DNA of 42,871 nt from Conidiobolus incongruus B7586 (GCA_000697335.1 JNEM01010563.1:1-42871), one strand, 5' to 3'; positions 25,283 through 37,748 are shown, counted from the first letter of the stretch. Numbers and translations are program-made. The notes: a model not told the origin generated them from the letters alone.

Positions 25283-27178
25283 TTAGTCGATAGATTGGAT
25301 ACTTTCATTCGAACCTTTGGGTTCATCACCCTGCTGATTCTGCTTATTCTTCTTCTTTCCCTTCTTTGAAGTTGGCTTATCCTGAGATTGAGGTACTGAG
25401 TCTTGGGATGAGGCCAAGTCGCGTTCGCTAATGGATTCAAACTTTTCACTGGAGGTAGAGCCGACAGAGTGCTGTGATTCGCTCAAACTGTGACCACCAG
25501 ATTGGTTACTAGTGGAGGGAGCGTCATAAGTGCTTTTGCTCTGGTGTCCGGATGTCACTTCGTCATCCTCTTCATCATCGTCCAAATCGAAGTGACTAGG
25601 TTCAGGTTCATTAATACCACGCAATTTCAAATACTTGGTTGCTACTTTGTGATCGATGTGGTCTAATGCTTTAGGTTCGTGACGGATTAAAGTCTAAAAC
25701 ATGAGTTAGAAACGATTAAAATGGTTTAAGAGTGGCACTTACTAAGAAAATACCAGCACCAACTGCGAATAGAGCACTCTCAAAGTGAGGGACCTTGGGC
25801 AAGAGACCCTTTAATCTGAGCACTTTGTACAATGTTTCAATTGCTTGAGTAGTGAAGATGAGACACAATTCATGCTTGCGACCACTATTTTCGAATTGAA
25901 TAGCGGCGAAAGCTGCAAAAAGTGCTTGGAAGAAATAGATATATCTGTGACTTAAGAAGCGACTGTTGGGGAAGAAGTTTCTAGTACCACACAATTGAGA
26001 TTGAAGAAGGAAGATGAATAATCCAAGTGCCAAGCCAGATCTCAAGGTGGATTTTAAGGCATTTTTAAGTTTTGGAAGAGGACTAAACGATCTTTAATCT
26101 AATATTATATATATATATGATTGAATAATTATAATTACTCTTTTAAAAACGATTTTCTTTTAAAAATGACATTTGGGACCAAATTCATTGCAAAATAAAA
26201 ACCAATATTCTTCTTAATGCCTTTGATGACTTTTACAAAGATATTGACCAAACATGAGGCTTGTGTGGGATGAATTGAAGCACTAATCATATTTAGTTAA
26301 AAAAAATAAATATAGTAAAATATTAATGTTCTTACCATGGAATCAAATTAGGCTGTTCATTCAAAGCATGTAATTTAGCCAAATTGTTAGGGTCAATAGA
26401 ATTCAGCAAATGACTGTGGATAAATTCATACTTATCCAAGGGACGACCCTTAATAATATCTAAATTGTTTCTGATAGTTCCATAGCTTACACCCGTCTTT
26501 TCCAGCATATTCATCATGGTTCCAGGGGAAAAAGCCAATGGATGAGCAACGAATGAGAAGAAAATCTGAGCAGCTGATAAGGAAAATAAAATTTCAGTTC
26601 CCTTAGGAACATTCAATTTTTGGTTAGAGTTGGCAGATTTTAATAGACCCGCAACCGCACGACTAGCAATTCCCACCCCATACACTGTTCTGACGGATGC
26701 AGATTCAACAAGAATCCAAAGCCCTGAAAGCGCACCAGCAATGAAATCGGATTGCTTAGCGGATAAATTTGTGTACCTTGGTAGGGTCTCCAATAGGACC
26801 TTGTAAGTGAATACAAAGCCACCTAAGAGAGCACCAGTCCTACGGACGGATTTTCCAAATAAAAAGGTATAAAGTTTGGTCATAAAAGGGTGCCTAAAAT
26901 ATGACAATTAATACAAAATTATATAACCAATTAATTGTTATTTACTTGTCTTTCAATGTGCTATTGAGACCACTCAAGATATTCACCAATATTCTCAAGC
27001 CCATACCGCCTCCTGCAACCTCTAAATAATTAAAAAGTTATATTAATCATAATTGAAACAATTGAAAGTTCATTGACCTACTTGCAGCATCCAAACCAGC
27101 TTGCTTAACGAGATGTTTCCATTCGTCAGCTGACAAGCTACTACGCTGACGATTATCCGAAGAGACTTTAGAACTCAT
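25283..27178 (-). CDS. TMEM135-like (Tim17/PMP24-related) multi-pass membrane protein with an acidic/Ser-rich C-terminal tail, multi-exon
   Basis: ATG at 27178 and ORF pieces 26332-26907, 25716-26045 and 25283-25630 are linked by GT-AG introns. Motifs RTGALLGGFVFTYK, FIAGALSGL, LFSLSAAQI, C..IHPTQASC and FENSGRKHEL match the TMEM135 two-repeat architecture. Confidence 0.7.
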
Positions 27179-27637
27179 AATTGAGAATAAAAACAATGAT
27201 TATAATCCAAGATAATGTTTCAATATCAATCAGATTAAAAATCAAACTTTTAAATGAAAAAAGTCTACAAAGTTTACTACGTCATCAAGAATTTAAATGT
27301 ATAGAGAGTGGCTTATAGAACAAAAAATAACATCTAATAAAGGATATTAGTTTAATATGAATTAATTTAGTTTAGTTTGAAATTATCTAACGAATGATGA
27401 AATATAATCAAAGGCTGTGGGATTATTACATCATTATATATTCGAAAGAATTTAAGATATTTATATTCAATTTATCAAATATGAAATCAATATAGAAAAA
27501 TTCATAAATAATCCCATAACCAGTTCAAATGAAAAATAATATAAATACTCATTTAACAGTCCTCAATAACCAACTCAAAGCACCCAAAAATCGATTGCAT
27601 CAGAATTAAATCATTATTAAAATTGTACCAAAGGACA

Positions 27638-28319
27638 ATGTCTCAATTACCCAAGTCAATTATTATTGGATCTGACCACGCAGGTAATCACTTTATTATG
27701 CTGTCAACACTGCCAACTAACTCTAAGTTGACTAGGATTCAGCCATAAGCAATTCATAATCAATCACATTAAACAAAACTATCCCAATGTTGAATTAAAT
27801 GATATGGGTACTTATAACGGTGATAGAGTAAATTCCATATTTTGTTCTATTTGCTCATTTAATTGACCTTTATTTAGTGTGATTATCCCGACATTGCTGC
27901 CAAAGTGAGTGAAAAAGTATTGGAAGATAAAAGTAATTTTATAATATAATTATTTCTCAATCTTTTTGATATATTAACCAAATCAATAGACAATGAATCC
28001 ATTGGTATATTAATCTGTGGTTCAGGTATTGGTATCTCCATTGCTGCTAACAAAATCAATGGTATTCGTTGCGGATTGTGCCATAATCAGTATACTGCCG
28101 AAATGACTCGCAGAGTAATTCTATTTATATGACTACTATTCCATCATATATTGATAATATTTATTTTAGCACAATAATGCCAATATTTTAGCGTTGGGAG
28201 AAAAGGTAGTTGATCTCAGTTTAGTACCCGAAATAGTTGATACCTTTATTAAAACTGATTTCGAAGGTAAACATCACGCCGATAGAGTTGATAAAATTCA
28301 TCAATTAGAAACCAACTGA
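27638..28319 (+). CDS. rpiB: Ribose-5-phosphate isomerase B (RpiB/LacAB family), 5 exons, 155 aa; missed by the ORF track
   Basis: Exons 27638-27683, 27736-27827, 27878-27932, 27990-28114 and 28170-28319 total 468 nt. Motifs: [56 protein letters not shown]. Confidence 0.93.
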
Positions 28320-29394
28320 AATTTAATAAATGATTTATTATCAAAAGTCTTTCATATTCAATTTGTTTTTCATCGACTATATTTATTATTAAATTAATAT
28401 ATTGTTTAACACACACAATATAATCCATTTCTATTTTTTTGTTGATATTAATTTTATCAATCAAACTTCGTATAATTTGCAATGAATATTACCAAAACTG
28501 GTATTTCCGTAATTTCTGGAATTTATTCACCGACGCTTGGCAGATTGATAATCCATCTCAAGCGAGTTATTAAAGTTGATAATATTCAAGAACCCTGGTA
28601 TTTAATATTAAAACTAATTTAAACAAAGTTCTCTTTAAATATTGCTATAATAAATTTAATAACAACGCTAACAAAACAATATTTGAAATATTTATGGATG
28701 ATTTATTTGAGTATCATGGCAATCCATAAACAAACCTCATAATATTCTCACTAATTATTTTAAACAAAAAAAATTGATAAATTTGTTAACTACAAAAAAA
28801 TTGACTTTACACAAAGTGAAAATTCAACCAAAATTCTAACCAAGTACAATTAAAATAAAATGGATCTAACCACTTTCCAATTTAACAAATCTACCATATC
28901 AAATTATAGCCAACTCAAGAGGAAAACTTTTGAAAATAATAATTTATTAATTTAATATTATTTGTGTTTAATAAATTCTAATCAACTGATATTTGATAAT
29001 AGAAGGGTTCTTTGGATTAAACCAAAATCAAATGATTCACAAACCCGAAATCAATCCGCTTTGTGTTGACAAACAAAATAATGATTTTAAATTAAATTCT
29101 CCCCTTATTCAAATTGTTCATTCAATTACCCAATTCGGATTTTTATTTATTATTGATCCAAATTTGAACCAATCAAAGGGAATTAAGAATGTTCACATGG
29201 TACAATTTTAATCAATTGATTCGATGAAGAAAAGGATCGATTAATTTTATATTACAGATAATGAAAGTGTAAGTTATTATAGTAAAGTCAATGATAATGA
29301 AATACCAAGATATTGAGTTTAATATATGTTTGTTATTCGGGAAAGATATGTGTACAATTTAGTTAAAAGATTTGTATTGTTATTTGAGTAGATG

Positions 29395-30780
29395 CTATCT
29401 GCCGTTGGGGCTTACATCCAACAGCATATGATTTGCCCCCATGCCCTTAAAACGCTCGAGACGAGTGGCCAAATGCTTCGCAGAAGGACGTCTCAAGACA
29501 TCGGCATCGACCATCTCTTCAATCAAACTGACTATTGAATATGGAACTGTTTCGCCATTTAAGAACTGGAGGCCCTTTTCTCTAGCTAAGTTGTAGTGAT
29601 AGTTGAAAAATTGGCCACCTCGAATCAGCACGGTTAACTCGACAGAGTTTTTAACTGATGCAAAAGGATCCGAGCCTAGAATACCAATGACCCACAGACT
29701 CACTCCGAGGGAGTAGATGTCAATGGGATAGGAATAGGGTTGGAATGGGAAGTGAAGTAATTCGGGTGCTGAGTAGGGCAAAGTACCCTTTCCGAGTCCA
29801 TCAATAAGTGTAGGATCTTCCTCATTGTCAGGAAGAAGTATACTGTCACCAAAATCACCAATAACAATGTCTAAATCCTGAGTTATGAACATGTTGTGAG
29901 GCTTGATGTCATGATGGATGATGTGGTTGGAGTGCAAAAAACTCAAAGCATTAGCACTCTGCTGAGCCCATTTTGTCCACTGTGACAAACCTACGATGTC
30001 ATGATTGTTTTGGATATAGTCCATCAAAGTGCCCATAGAATATATTGGCAATACAAGAGACTGAATTGAATGCGTGTTGGAGACTGATGCGGAGATATTG
30101 TCGAGATCATCGACTGACTTTGATGACAATTGATAGCAATGATTGTTCCCAAGCTGAACACCCAATAATTTCATAATATTTGCATGCTGACCCTTTTGAT
30201 GAACTTTATGGAGTACTGCTACCTCGGTTTTCGCTGAGAGGACAGCTTCCTCATTTGCCGATATCCTCTTCACAACACAAACAGTGTTGTTAGCTGAAAG
30301 TGTGCCCTTATATACTTGACTGCTTCTACCTTCACCGATGCGATTCTTTCTGTCGAAGGAAACCTCCAGTGGAATGGTTTCAGATAGATTAATATAGGAC
30401 TGTATTGGGTGGATTTTTGGAGTAAACTTATTGAGTTTCTGTTTGCTAAGGGCGAGAGGATTTGGTTTGATGGGCTTAATTGTGTTGACATTTTTTGGTT
30501 TTGTGGGGTTGACTATCTGTATATTGAGTCTCGGGGGAGGTGCGGGGGAGGGGGAGCTGAAAGAAGTGTTGAAAATATCATTTTTGGATTTTGACTTAAG
30601 AGGTAAGGGAGGTCTCATTTCGTCGTCAGAAGGGGAAATTGCAGTGGGCGAAGCACTAAAGAATATATTGGAATGATCTGAAGGATGGAAGTACTGGGAC
30701 AAATCTCCACTCAAATCTAAAAAATTTCTTCGGTCGGTAGTGTCTTTAGGAGTTATTGGGCTCCAAGTGTGAAACGACAT
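29395..30780 (-). CDS. Ser/Thr protein kinase with a Ser/Pro-rich N-terminus, intronless; family unassigned
   Basis: 461-aa ORF with IGEGRSSQVY, VVK, HHDIKPHN, DFG, GTLPYSAPE, DIYSLG and RRPSA kinase subdomains. Confidence 0.9.
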   Translation of the reverse strand: MSFHTWSPITPKDTTDRRNFLDLSGDLSQYFHPSDHSNIFFSASPTAISPSDDEMRPPLPLKSKSKNDIFNTSFSSPSPAPPPRLNIQIVNPTKPKNVNTIKPIKPNPLALSKQKLNKFTPKIHPIQSYINLSETIPLEVSFDRKNRIGEGRSSQVYKGTLSANNTVCVVKRISANEEAVLSAKTEVAVLHKVHQKGQHANIMKLLGVQLGNNHCYQLSSKSVDDLDNISASVSNTHSIQSLVLPIYSMGTLMDYIQNNHDIVGLSQWTKWAQQSANALSFLHSNHIIHHDIKPHNMFITQDLDIVIGDFGDSILLPDNEEDPTLIDGLGKGTLPYSAPELLHFPFQPYSYPIDIYSLGVSLWVIGILGSDPFASVKNSVELTVLIRGGQFFNYHYNLAREKGLQFLNGETVPYSIVSLIEEMVDADVLRRPSAKHLATRLERFKGMGANHMLLDVSPNGR

Positions 30781-31579
30781 AGTTAATACAATAGATAAGT
30801 TAAATAAGGTAAGTTATAAATCTAATAAACTAAAAATACAAGGGATTTTAAAAAATATAAGGAATATGTATTGTTTTGATGCAAAACAAACAGGATTTTT
30901 GTGATTAGAGAAAGGTAAAATAGATCAACAACTCAGAGATACAAACGGTACAAATTAACAAGTTCTGTACTTCAGTAAAATAATAATCAATCCTGTTAGC
31001 AGCTAATAAGAATCTGTACTAGAAAGTTATTAGATGCTAATGGAAGGAAGTATAAGGGATAGTGAGCTATGAGAGAAGGTTAGCTGATGAAGGTTTAGAT
31101 GGGACGAGGTGGCTTATATACCTATGGCCCAATGATAAATAAAAATAGTAAATCGGTTGAGTGGTTGGATTAGGGAGCGGGAATGTTGGGGAGAATCTGT
31201 TTGCAGTATGCGAATTTTGGGAGGGAGAATGCAATGTTTCAAGTGAAGAAGGTGAATTTTAATTTTATCTTCCTAATTAGGACTCTTCCATTTGGTAATA
31301 GGCAATATTTGGTCATTATTAGGAACTGATTTTTTTATTTTAAACTGTTCTTCTTAATAGAGTATTGAAAGAGTTGACCTATTCAGATGATCTTAAACTG
31401 ATCTACCTTAGGATTTTTATAAAGTTAGATTCATTATATTGATCAAAGCTATTTTGTCAGCATATGATTAGAAACTGTCTTGTGACAAGATATTCAATCG
31501 TACAATTCTCAAATCATATTAATAACCTTACCCTAATACATTTACAAGTTGGATCTATTTAATATTTTATCATTTAATG

Positions 31580-31614
31580 ATTAGTAATTAGTAATTAGTA
31601 ATTAGTAATTAGTA
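31580..31614. repeat. Tandem repeat (ATTAGTA)x5
   Basis: Five perfect heptamer copies read directly from the sequence. Confidence 0.9.
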
Positions 31615-34075
31615 AAAGATTTCCAATTGGATTAATTATACTGAGACTACTGTTTCTTTAGCATAATATTAATTCTTGTTCAATTGGACATCATTAATAA
31701 AAATGCATTAATATTACACTATTGATTCCGTCATTCTAATCAAATGAGCTTATCACATTTAGGCTTTGTTTTCTATACGCAATTTAAATTTTCAAAGCTA
31801 CACGGTACAATATTATAGTCTTTGTTAAAAAATAGGCACGTTGCTATGGCTATTGTAGAAGTTGACTGTTGTTCTATTGGCTATTCAATAAATGACTTTT
31901 TTAATAGATCAGTTAAATAAAATTTTATTTTGCTTTTGATAAATCACATGAATTAGTGAAACTTTCAGGATCTGTGTTTATCCAATATGTTGTGATACTT
32001 TCACCTGAAGATAGAGTTTTTGTTATCATATAGGATTAATAATTATTTAATCAATAGAAAAATTTAAGAAATGAGCTGTAGATATTTATTAGTAATAGTT
32101 ATGAGAAATCATCACAAATCCAAACTTATGCCAGCTTAAATGAAATATATTTAACATAATATGAATAATGGATATACAATTTCCGATAGTTCCATAATTA
32201 ATTAATCCATAAAAGACAATAATAATATCTTTTAAACTTGATAAATTTAATGGATCTAGGGTTATTTATATTCTCCTTGTTAAGAATTGGGCAATATTAA
32301 AATTTCATTTCAGGGTGTGATTAATTATTATTGTGGTCAATGATCAAAATGTCAAACAAATAATATTCAGATAATTATAACCTAAAGGTTTGCTATATTT
32401 TAGTGAATTATACTATTTGTTTAATAACAATAGGTCAATTTGTCTAATATTTAAGAGCAAAATTAAAAGAGAAATGTCAAAATAAGTCGTATAAATTATT
32501 TATGCCATCAATTTTCCTATCCTTGTTCAATGGTCTCAAATTAAGTTTTACCCAGAGATTACTTGAAAACATTGAAATAGCTCTCTTTTCCAGTCGATGT
32601 CTCCCAATCATTTTCTAAACCCTGTATTTTAATCACTTACCTAATTATTGATTCAAATTTCAAATTCTAGAAACTTGAATACTTGTGAACAAATTTTATC
32701 AAACCATCTACTCACAAAATATTTTTTACACTAATATTTGGATGAATATATCAATAATATATATTCTTCTAATTTAATTATCATATCAATTAATTAAAAA
32801 ATCTCTTTTGATAAATCAACAAAAGCTCTTGATTAATAAGGTTGGGAATAATTTTGAGTATTTAATAAATATGTCAGGGGGAAATTGAATGATGTTAACA
32901 AATGAAAAACTATAGCCAATAATACTAGAATGAGTTAAATAATCGAAGCACTTTTAGTTTATATAATGTGCACTAAACCTTTTGAGCTATTGTATTGTTT
33001 AATTTTTAAATTTATAATATCCTTAATTTGACTTTCATAGTTAATTCGATTTAAATTAGTATGGATTAGTTAATGGGAGGGGATATTTGTTAAGTGGTTT
33101 GTAGATATTTAACTACTCAAATCATGTTGTTATAATGGGGAATATACTAATATAATAGTCTATATTCTTTGATATAATGGATTAAATTTTATCAATTAAT
33201 TTGACAGTACATTTAATTTTTAATCAAAACAATGAATTTGGTTAAATATAACATCAATATAATTGACTGAATTTAGATCCTAAAATTAATATTCATATTG
33301 GTGGGAGTAATGATATATAAAGTGCATCAATAATATTGTATTATTTTCCATCATAAACTACTAGAAAAATATTGGTTCCATTGACACAATAATAATAATT
33401 GAAGAATAAATTGAAATCGATCAAAATATGAATATTAATTAAGTTTGCTTCTAATAGAGTATTAATATTCTTTCAAATATATTTACTAACATTGGATTTC
33501 ATAATAATTAAAAGAAACTCTTCTTATGTAAAATGTATATTTGATTACTGATATTAGGTAAGCATTATCATTATCCATAAAAAATTTAGTTAAAATAATC
33601 TATATTTTTAATTTATTCTATTATTTCTATATAGGAATTAATAATTCAGTTTTTGTTTAATTTGAAATTTTGAAAATATGAAATCATTAGGAAAGGACTA
33701 GTCTGATATATTATAAAATATGTAAGCTAATAAAAAAAATATTAAATTGAATAATATAACCATCAATAAATTTGATTAAATTTAATTTCAATATAAGCTA
33801 TTAATTTAATCAGTCGCTTTTTTCAAAATAGAGTAATTTAATTTTAAACGGAATTTTGATTATTTTGAAATATTATAATATTATATATTTTAAAATTTAG
33901 CTTTTATAAAATTTCTAATTATAATAAGTGCTATAATTAAAAATAAGTCTAAATGATCAAAATGAAAATGTGATTTAACTTAAATTTAAATTTTGAAGAA
34001 AATATATAATCAAACTAGATTATAATAAGGTTCAATACAATTAAAAATAAAAAAAGATATTATTCAATTTCCAAT

Positions 34076-34157
34076 AGACAGATGCCCGGACGGCCTAAGG
34101 AACCACGTTAATGCCGTGGTCTCTTCGGATGTGAGGGTTCGAACCTCTCCATTCTCA
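34076..34157 (+). pseudogene. Degenerate class II (Leu-type) tRNA with an AAT anticodon; probable tRNA-Leu(AAG) pseudogene
   Basis: Leu-like D region TGCCCGGACGGCCTAAGG, anticodon arm CCACG-TTAATGC-CGTGG, long variable arm around TTCG, and T arm GAGGG-TTCGAAC-CTCTC. The acceptor stem does not pair. Confidence 0.7.
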
Positions 34158-34755
34158 AATTATTTTTCATACTCCGTGGGTAATATTGATAATTTCTAGT
34201 AAATCTTAATATTAATCTACCAATTTCCAAATGTATTAATTTGATGAATAACAATCATTTGGATGCTTAAGGCGCCTTGAAAACATATGATAGTGTTTGG
34301 TAATAAATTTTATTAACTATCATTGAATAGACTTTTATACTTGACAATAATGATAGTAGTTGATCGAATAATTGTATATATCAAATCTAGTTAATAAGTA
34401 CTAATTAAATAAATCACAGATTAATCATATTAAACTTTTTCACATGTATATTATCTTATAATGTTCTTTAGGGTCAGGAATTTCATTATAATAGAATTAA
34501 ATATTGATATTTGAATAATTTTGAAAGGGATTTTGTTATACTATTAAATCAAGTATCATATTTTTCAAACTTATTTAAATCATCGTAAATCAAAATATTT
34601 GATATGTATATTTGGGTGAAAAAAAAGAATGAGCTATCAAAAGTCTAATAAAATGATTATCATATTTATAGTATATAAATTATATTAGATAACATAAATA
34701 AATATAATTGTAATTTAAAACACTATCTAGATATTGAATAATTGTGAATGCTGTG

Positions 34756-36288
34756 CTAAAGGTTAAATTGTAAGAAATAATCCCGAGTCTCTTCAAATGC
34801 TTGCTTAAACCCAAATCTTGGCTCCCATCCCAATATCTTCTTGGCAAGTCGAATATCTGGTCGTCTCTGCTTAGGATCATCCTCAGTAGGAGGAATTAGC
34901 TTTATGTCCACCTTGTAATCATAGCTCTTTTCAACCATTTTTGCTAGTTGTAAAATATTACACTCGTTGGGAGTGCCCAAGTTCACAGGATACTCATAAT
35001 CACTCTCCATAAGTAGTAGCATACCATCAATCAAATCATGAATATATTGAAATGATCTAGTTTGATCTCCTTTGCCGTATACCACAATGGATTGATTATT
35101 GAGAGCACCCATTAAGAAGTTGCTGATCACCCTTCCATCATTGGGATTCATTCTGGGACCAAATGTGTTGAAAATTCTTGCAACACGAACGCTTACATTG
35201 GCTTGATCTTTATAAGCATAAGCTAAAGTTTCCATGATCCGTTTACCTTCATCGTAGCATGCTCGAGAACCTATTGGGTTACAGTTTCCAAAATAACTTT
35301 CGGGTTGTGGATGTATATGAGGATCACCATATACTTCGGAGGTTGAAGCAAGTAATATAGGACATTTGTACTTCTCAGCTAGTCCTAATTGGTTAATTGT
35401 GCCTAATACTAGTGTTCGTATTGTTTGGATAGGAAGTGATTGATAATGAACTGGTGAAGCGGGTGAGGCAAGATGGTAAATGTAATCCAATGCTATATTA
35501 GGATCATAAGGATATATCACATCATGATCTTTCAACTGAAAATTTGGATGATTTATCCAGTTGCTAAGATTCCGCTTTTCGCCAGTGGTAAAATTATCCA
35601 AGACAATCACTTTGTGCCCCATGATCATTAGTCGATCAACTAAGTGACTTCCAACGAACCCTGCACCTCCGGTGATCAGGATTGTTTTTTGACCACCTAT
35701 GGGATCCATCTTAATGGATACTGAGCCTGTATTTTCTGATTGGAGATAAAGTGATCTTAAAATAGATAAACTTACAAGAGATCCAATCGAAGCATGGCCT
35801 ACTTCATCTACCTGATCTTTATTGCCAAAATTCTGTAGATCAATATCCAAAGAATCCGGAAGAGGGCTAGCTTGATCTTGAATCACCTGATTTAATCCAT
35901 CTTTTAACCAATTGATCGCAGTTAAAATGTTTTTATTTTGAGCGACTTGTAAAAATAAAGTCTCCAATAGTAATATCTGATTCATTAGATATTTGTATTC
36001 TCGTAGGTCTTCTACTGATGAGCTAATCGTGTTCATATAATTTTTGAAATGAATAATAATATTCAACAGTAAAGGTTCACTAGGAAAATCTTTTATAAGC
36101 GATTGGCACGGTTCTAGAGTTATTTCTCGAGGGAATTCGGGTAATTGATATTGATTACTCTCGGTAGTTGGGGTTAGAAGCCTTGGTACTGCTTGATATT
36201 TACCATTGTTTAATTCAACTCGATCAATTTTTATAGGAGGAAAGTCTTTATAAAATATCTCAAAGTATTCATTCATATTCGGATTCAT
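34756..36288 (-). CDS. UXS1: UDP-glucuronate decarboxylase (UDP-xylose synthase) with a ~195-aa N-terminal extension, intronless
   Basis: ILITGGAGFVGSHLVDRL, IYHLASPASPVHYQ, LLASTSEVYGDP, RACYDEGKR, ARIFNTFGPRM, DGRVISNF, QTRSFQY and DDPKQRRPDI. Confidence 0.95.
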   Translation of the reverse strand: MNPNMNEYFEIFYKDFPPIKIDRVELNNGKYQAVPRLLTPTTESNQYQLPEFPREITLEPCQSLIKDFPSEPLLLNIIIHFKNYMNTISSSVEDLREYKYLMNQILLLETLFLQVAQNKNILTAINWLKDGLNQVIQDQASPLPDSLDIDLQNFGNKDQVDEVGHASIGSLVSLSILRSLYLQSENTGSVSIKMDPIGGQKTILITGGAGFVGSHLVDRLMIMGHKVIVLDNFTTGEKRNLSNWINHPNFQLKDHDVIYPYDPNIALDYIYHLASPASPVHYQSLPIQTIRTLVLGTINQLGLAEKYKCPILLASTSEVYGDPHIHPQPESYFGNCNPIGSRACYDEGKRIMETLAYAYKDQANVSVRVARIFNTFGPRMNPNDGRVISNFLMGALNNQSIVVYGKGDQTRSFQYIHDLIDGMLLLMESDYEYPVNLGTPNECNILQLAKMVEKSYDYKVDIKLIPPTEDDPKQRRPDIRLAKKILGWEPRFGFKQAFEETRDYFLQFNL

Positions 36289-36438
36289 TGAGCTAAAAAC
36301 TTAAATAGAATATAATACTATCGTGTTTAATTAATTGTTCATTAGCTGCTTTTTCTACTCTCTATTAATTATTTAAGAGTATTTGTATCGTATAATTTAA
36401 CAGTCATGGTTAAACTAATGATTTAATTGGTTGATTAA

Positions 36439-36446
36439 TTATGGGA
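36439..36446 (-). promoter_or_regulatory. WCCCAYAA upstream motif (upstream of UXS1)
   Basis: CATCCCATAAT on the minus strand ~150 bp upstream of the ATG at 36288. Confidence 0.5.
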
Positions 36447-36966
36447 TGAATATATTTAAATGATAAAAATTATTTTAAAACTATGTAATCAATATTCTAA
36501 GTATAATGCTAACATAAATTAAGAAAATAAACCTTATTTTATAGTTCAAAATATCAGTTAAGTAAGATTATACAATTTCTGAATGCCAAATTTGATACAA
36601 CATATTAGTTCATTCATAATTATTATAGTGAAGATTAGGCTGATATTGAGAAAAAATAAAAATTGAGATATAATAATATTGAAAATTTTGAAACCAATAA
36701 TTTGAATATAATCTAGAATTTTATTAATAATTAGTCATAAAATATTGACTTATATTCTGAGTCCCAATCTTTCATAATCTGAATACTATATTCTATGAAG
36801 TTGATAATATTCTGTCGATTCCTCAAAATTAGTCAAATCCCACAATTTCTGTATAATGTTAAATATTTTAAATTGATTTTTACCAAAATGATATTTATAT
36901 AAAATTATTGATCAAATATAAAACGTTATTAATATCAATATTTTTTAATAAAAATCAACAAAAATT

Positions 36967-37748
36967 ATGATTAAAAAAAATTTGAGTCAATTGGTTAGAC
37001 CTGTTGTAAGAGTCTTATTATTTGATATTCTTGAATGAATTTTAATCTATTCTTCTAGAACAAAGTTATCACTCGTGGTTATTCCAATGCTGTAGAACTG
37101 GTTGGTTAAATAAAGTAATACTTTTAAATGCTTTATTAACGTATTTTTTAGAACAAGAAATCTACTGAATATTGGTTAAATAACCGCCCTAAAACTAGAC
37201 ATCACCGTCCTCTTAATGACAGAAAATTATATTTGAACAAGCTTTATTCCGAGCACTTAGATCATCCTTTAGTTATGGTTTATCAACACACTCACATGAA
37301 TGTTTCTGAATATTTAAATGTTAAGCAAATTGTTAACAAGCACGGATTTGAAATTCAAACAGTTCGTTCCACTATTATGAGAACTATCATCTCCCGTACC
37401 AAGTATGCTAATATGGCCAATCTCTTCCATGGACCTATTCTCCTCATCTACCACAAAGATCCCAACACTCAGGATTTGAACCAAATGGCCGCCAAATTAT
37501 TAACAGCTATGAAAAAGTTCAAAAAATTGTTCTTATTAGGAGCTAAAACTGAAGATCAAATTTACAACCCTGAAGGCTTCATCAAATTCACTGAATTACC
37601 CTCTAAAGAACAATTACAAGCTCAAATCCTTGGTACTTTACAAACTCCTGGATCCAAGATTTTATCTATTCTCCAACAAAATCCTCAAATGTTGGCTCAA
37701 TTGTTATCTCAACATAAAGAACAATTGGATGAGAAGAAAGAAGAATAA
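36967..37748 (+). CDS. Mitochondrial large-subunit ribosomal protein uL10m (3 exons)
   Basis: A basic presequence-like N-terminus on two short exons is spliced to the exon starting at 37152. L10 motifs: NLFHGP, LFLLGAK, LPSKEQLQAQILGTL. The second donor (GTTGGT) is weak. Confidence 0.8.

Noticed and set aside
28249..28482. Minus-strand ORF overlapping the rpiB 3' end
   Set aside because: It has a TTG start, is antisense to a well-supported exon, and has AT-biased composition.
31580..31614. (ATTAGTA)5 as a telomeric seed or CRISPR-like array
   Set aside because: It is only 35 bp, has no spacers and is not a G-rich telomere-type unit; an ordinary microsatellite.
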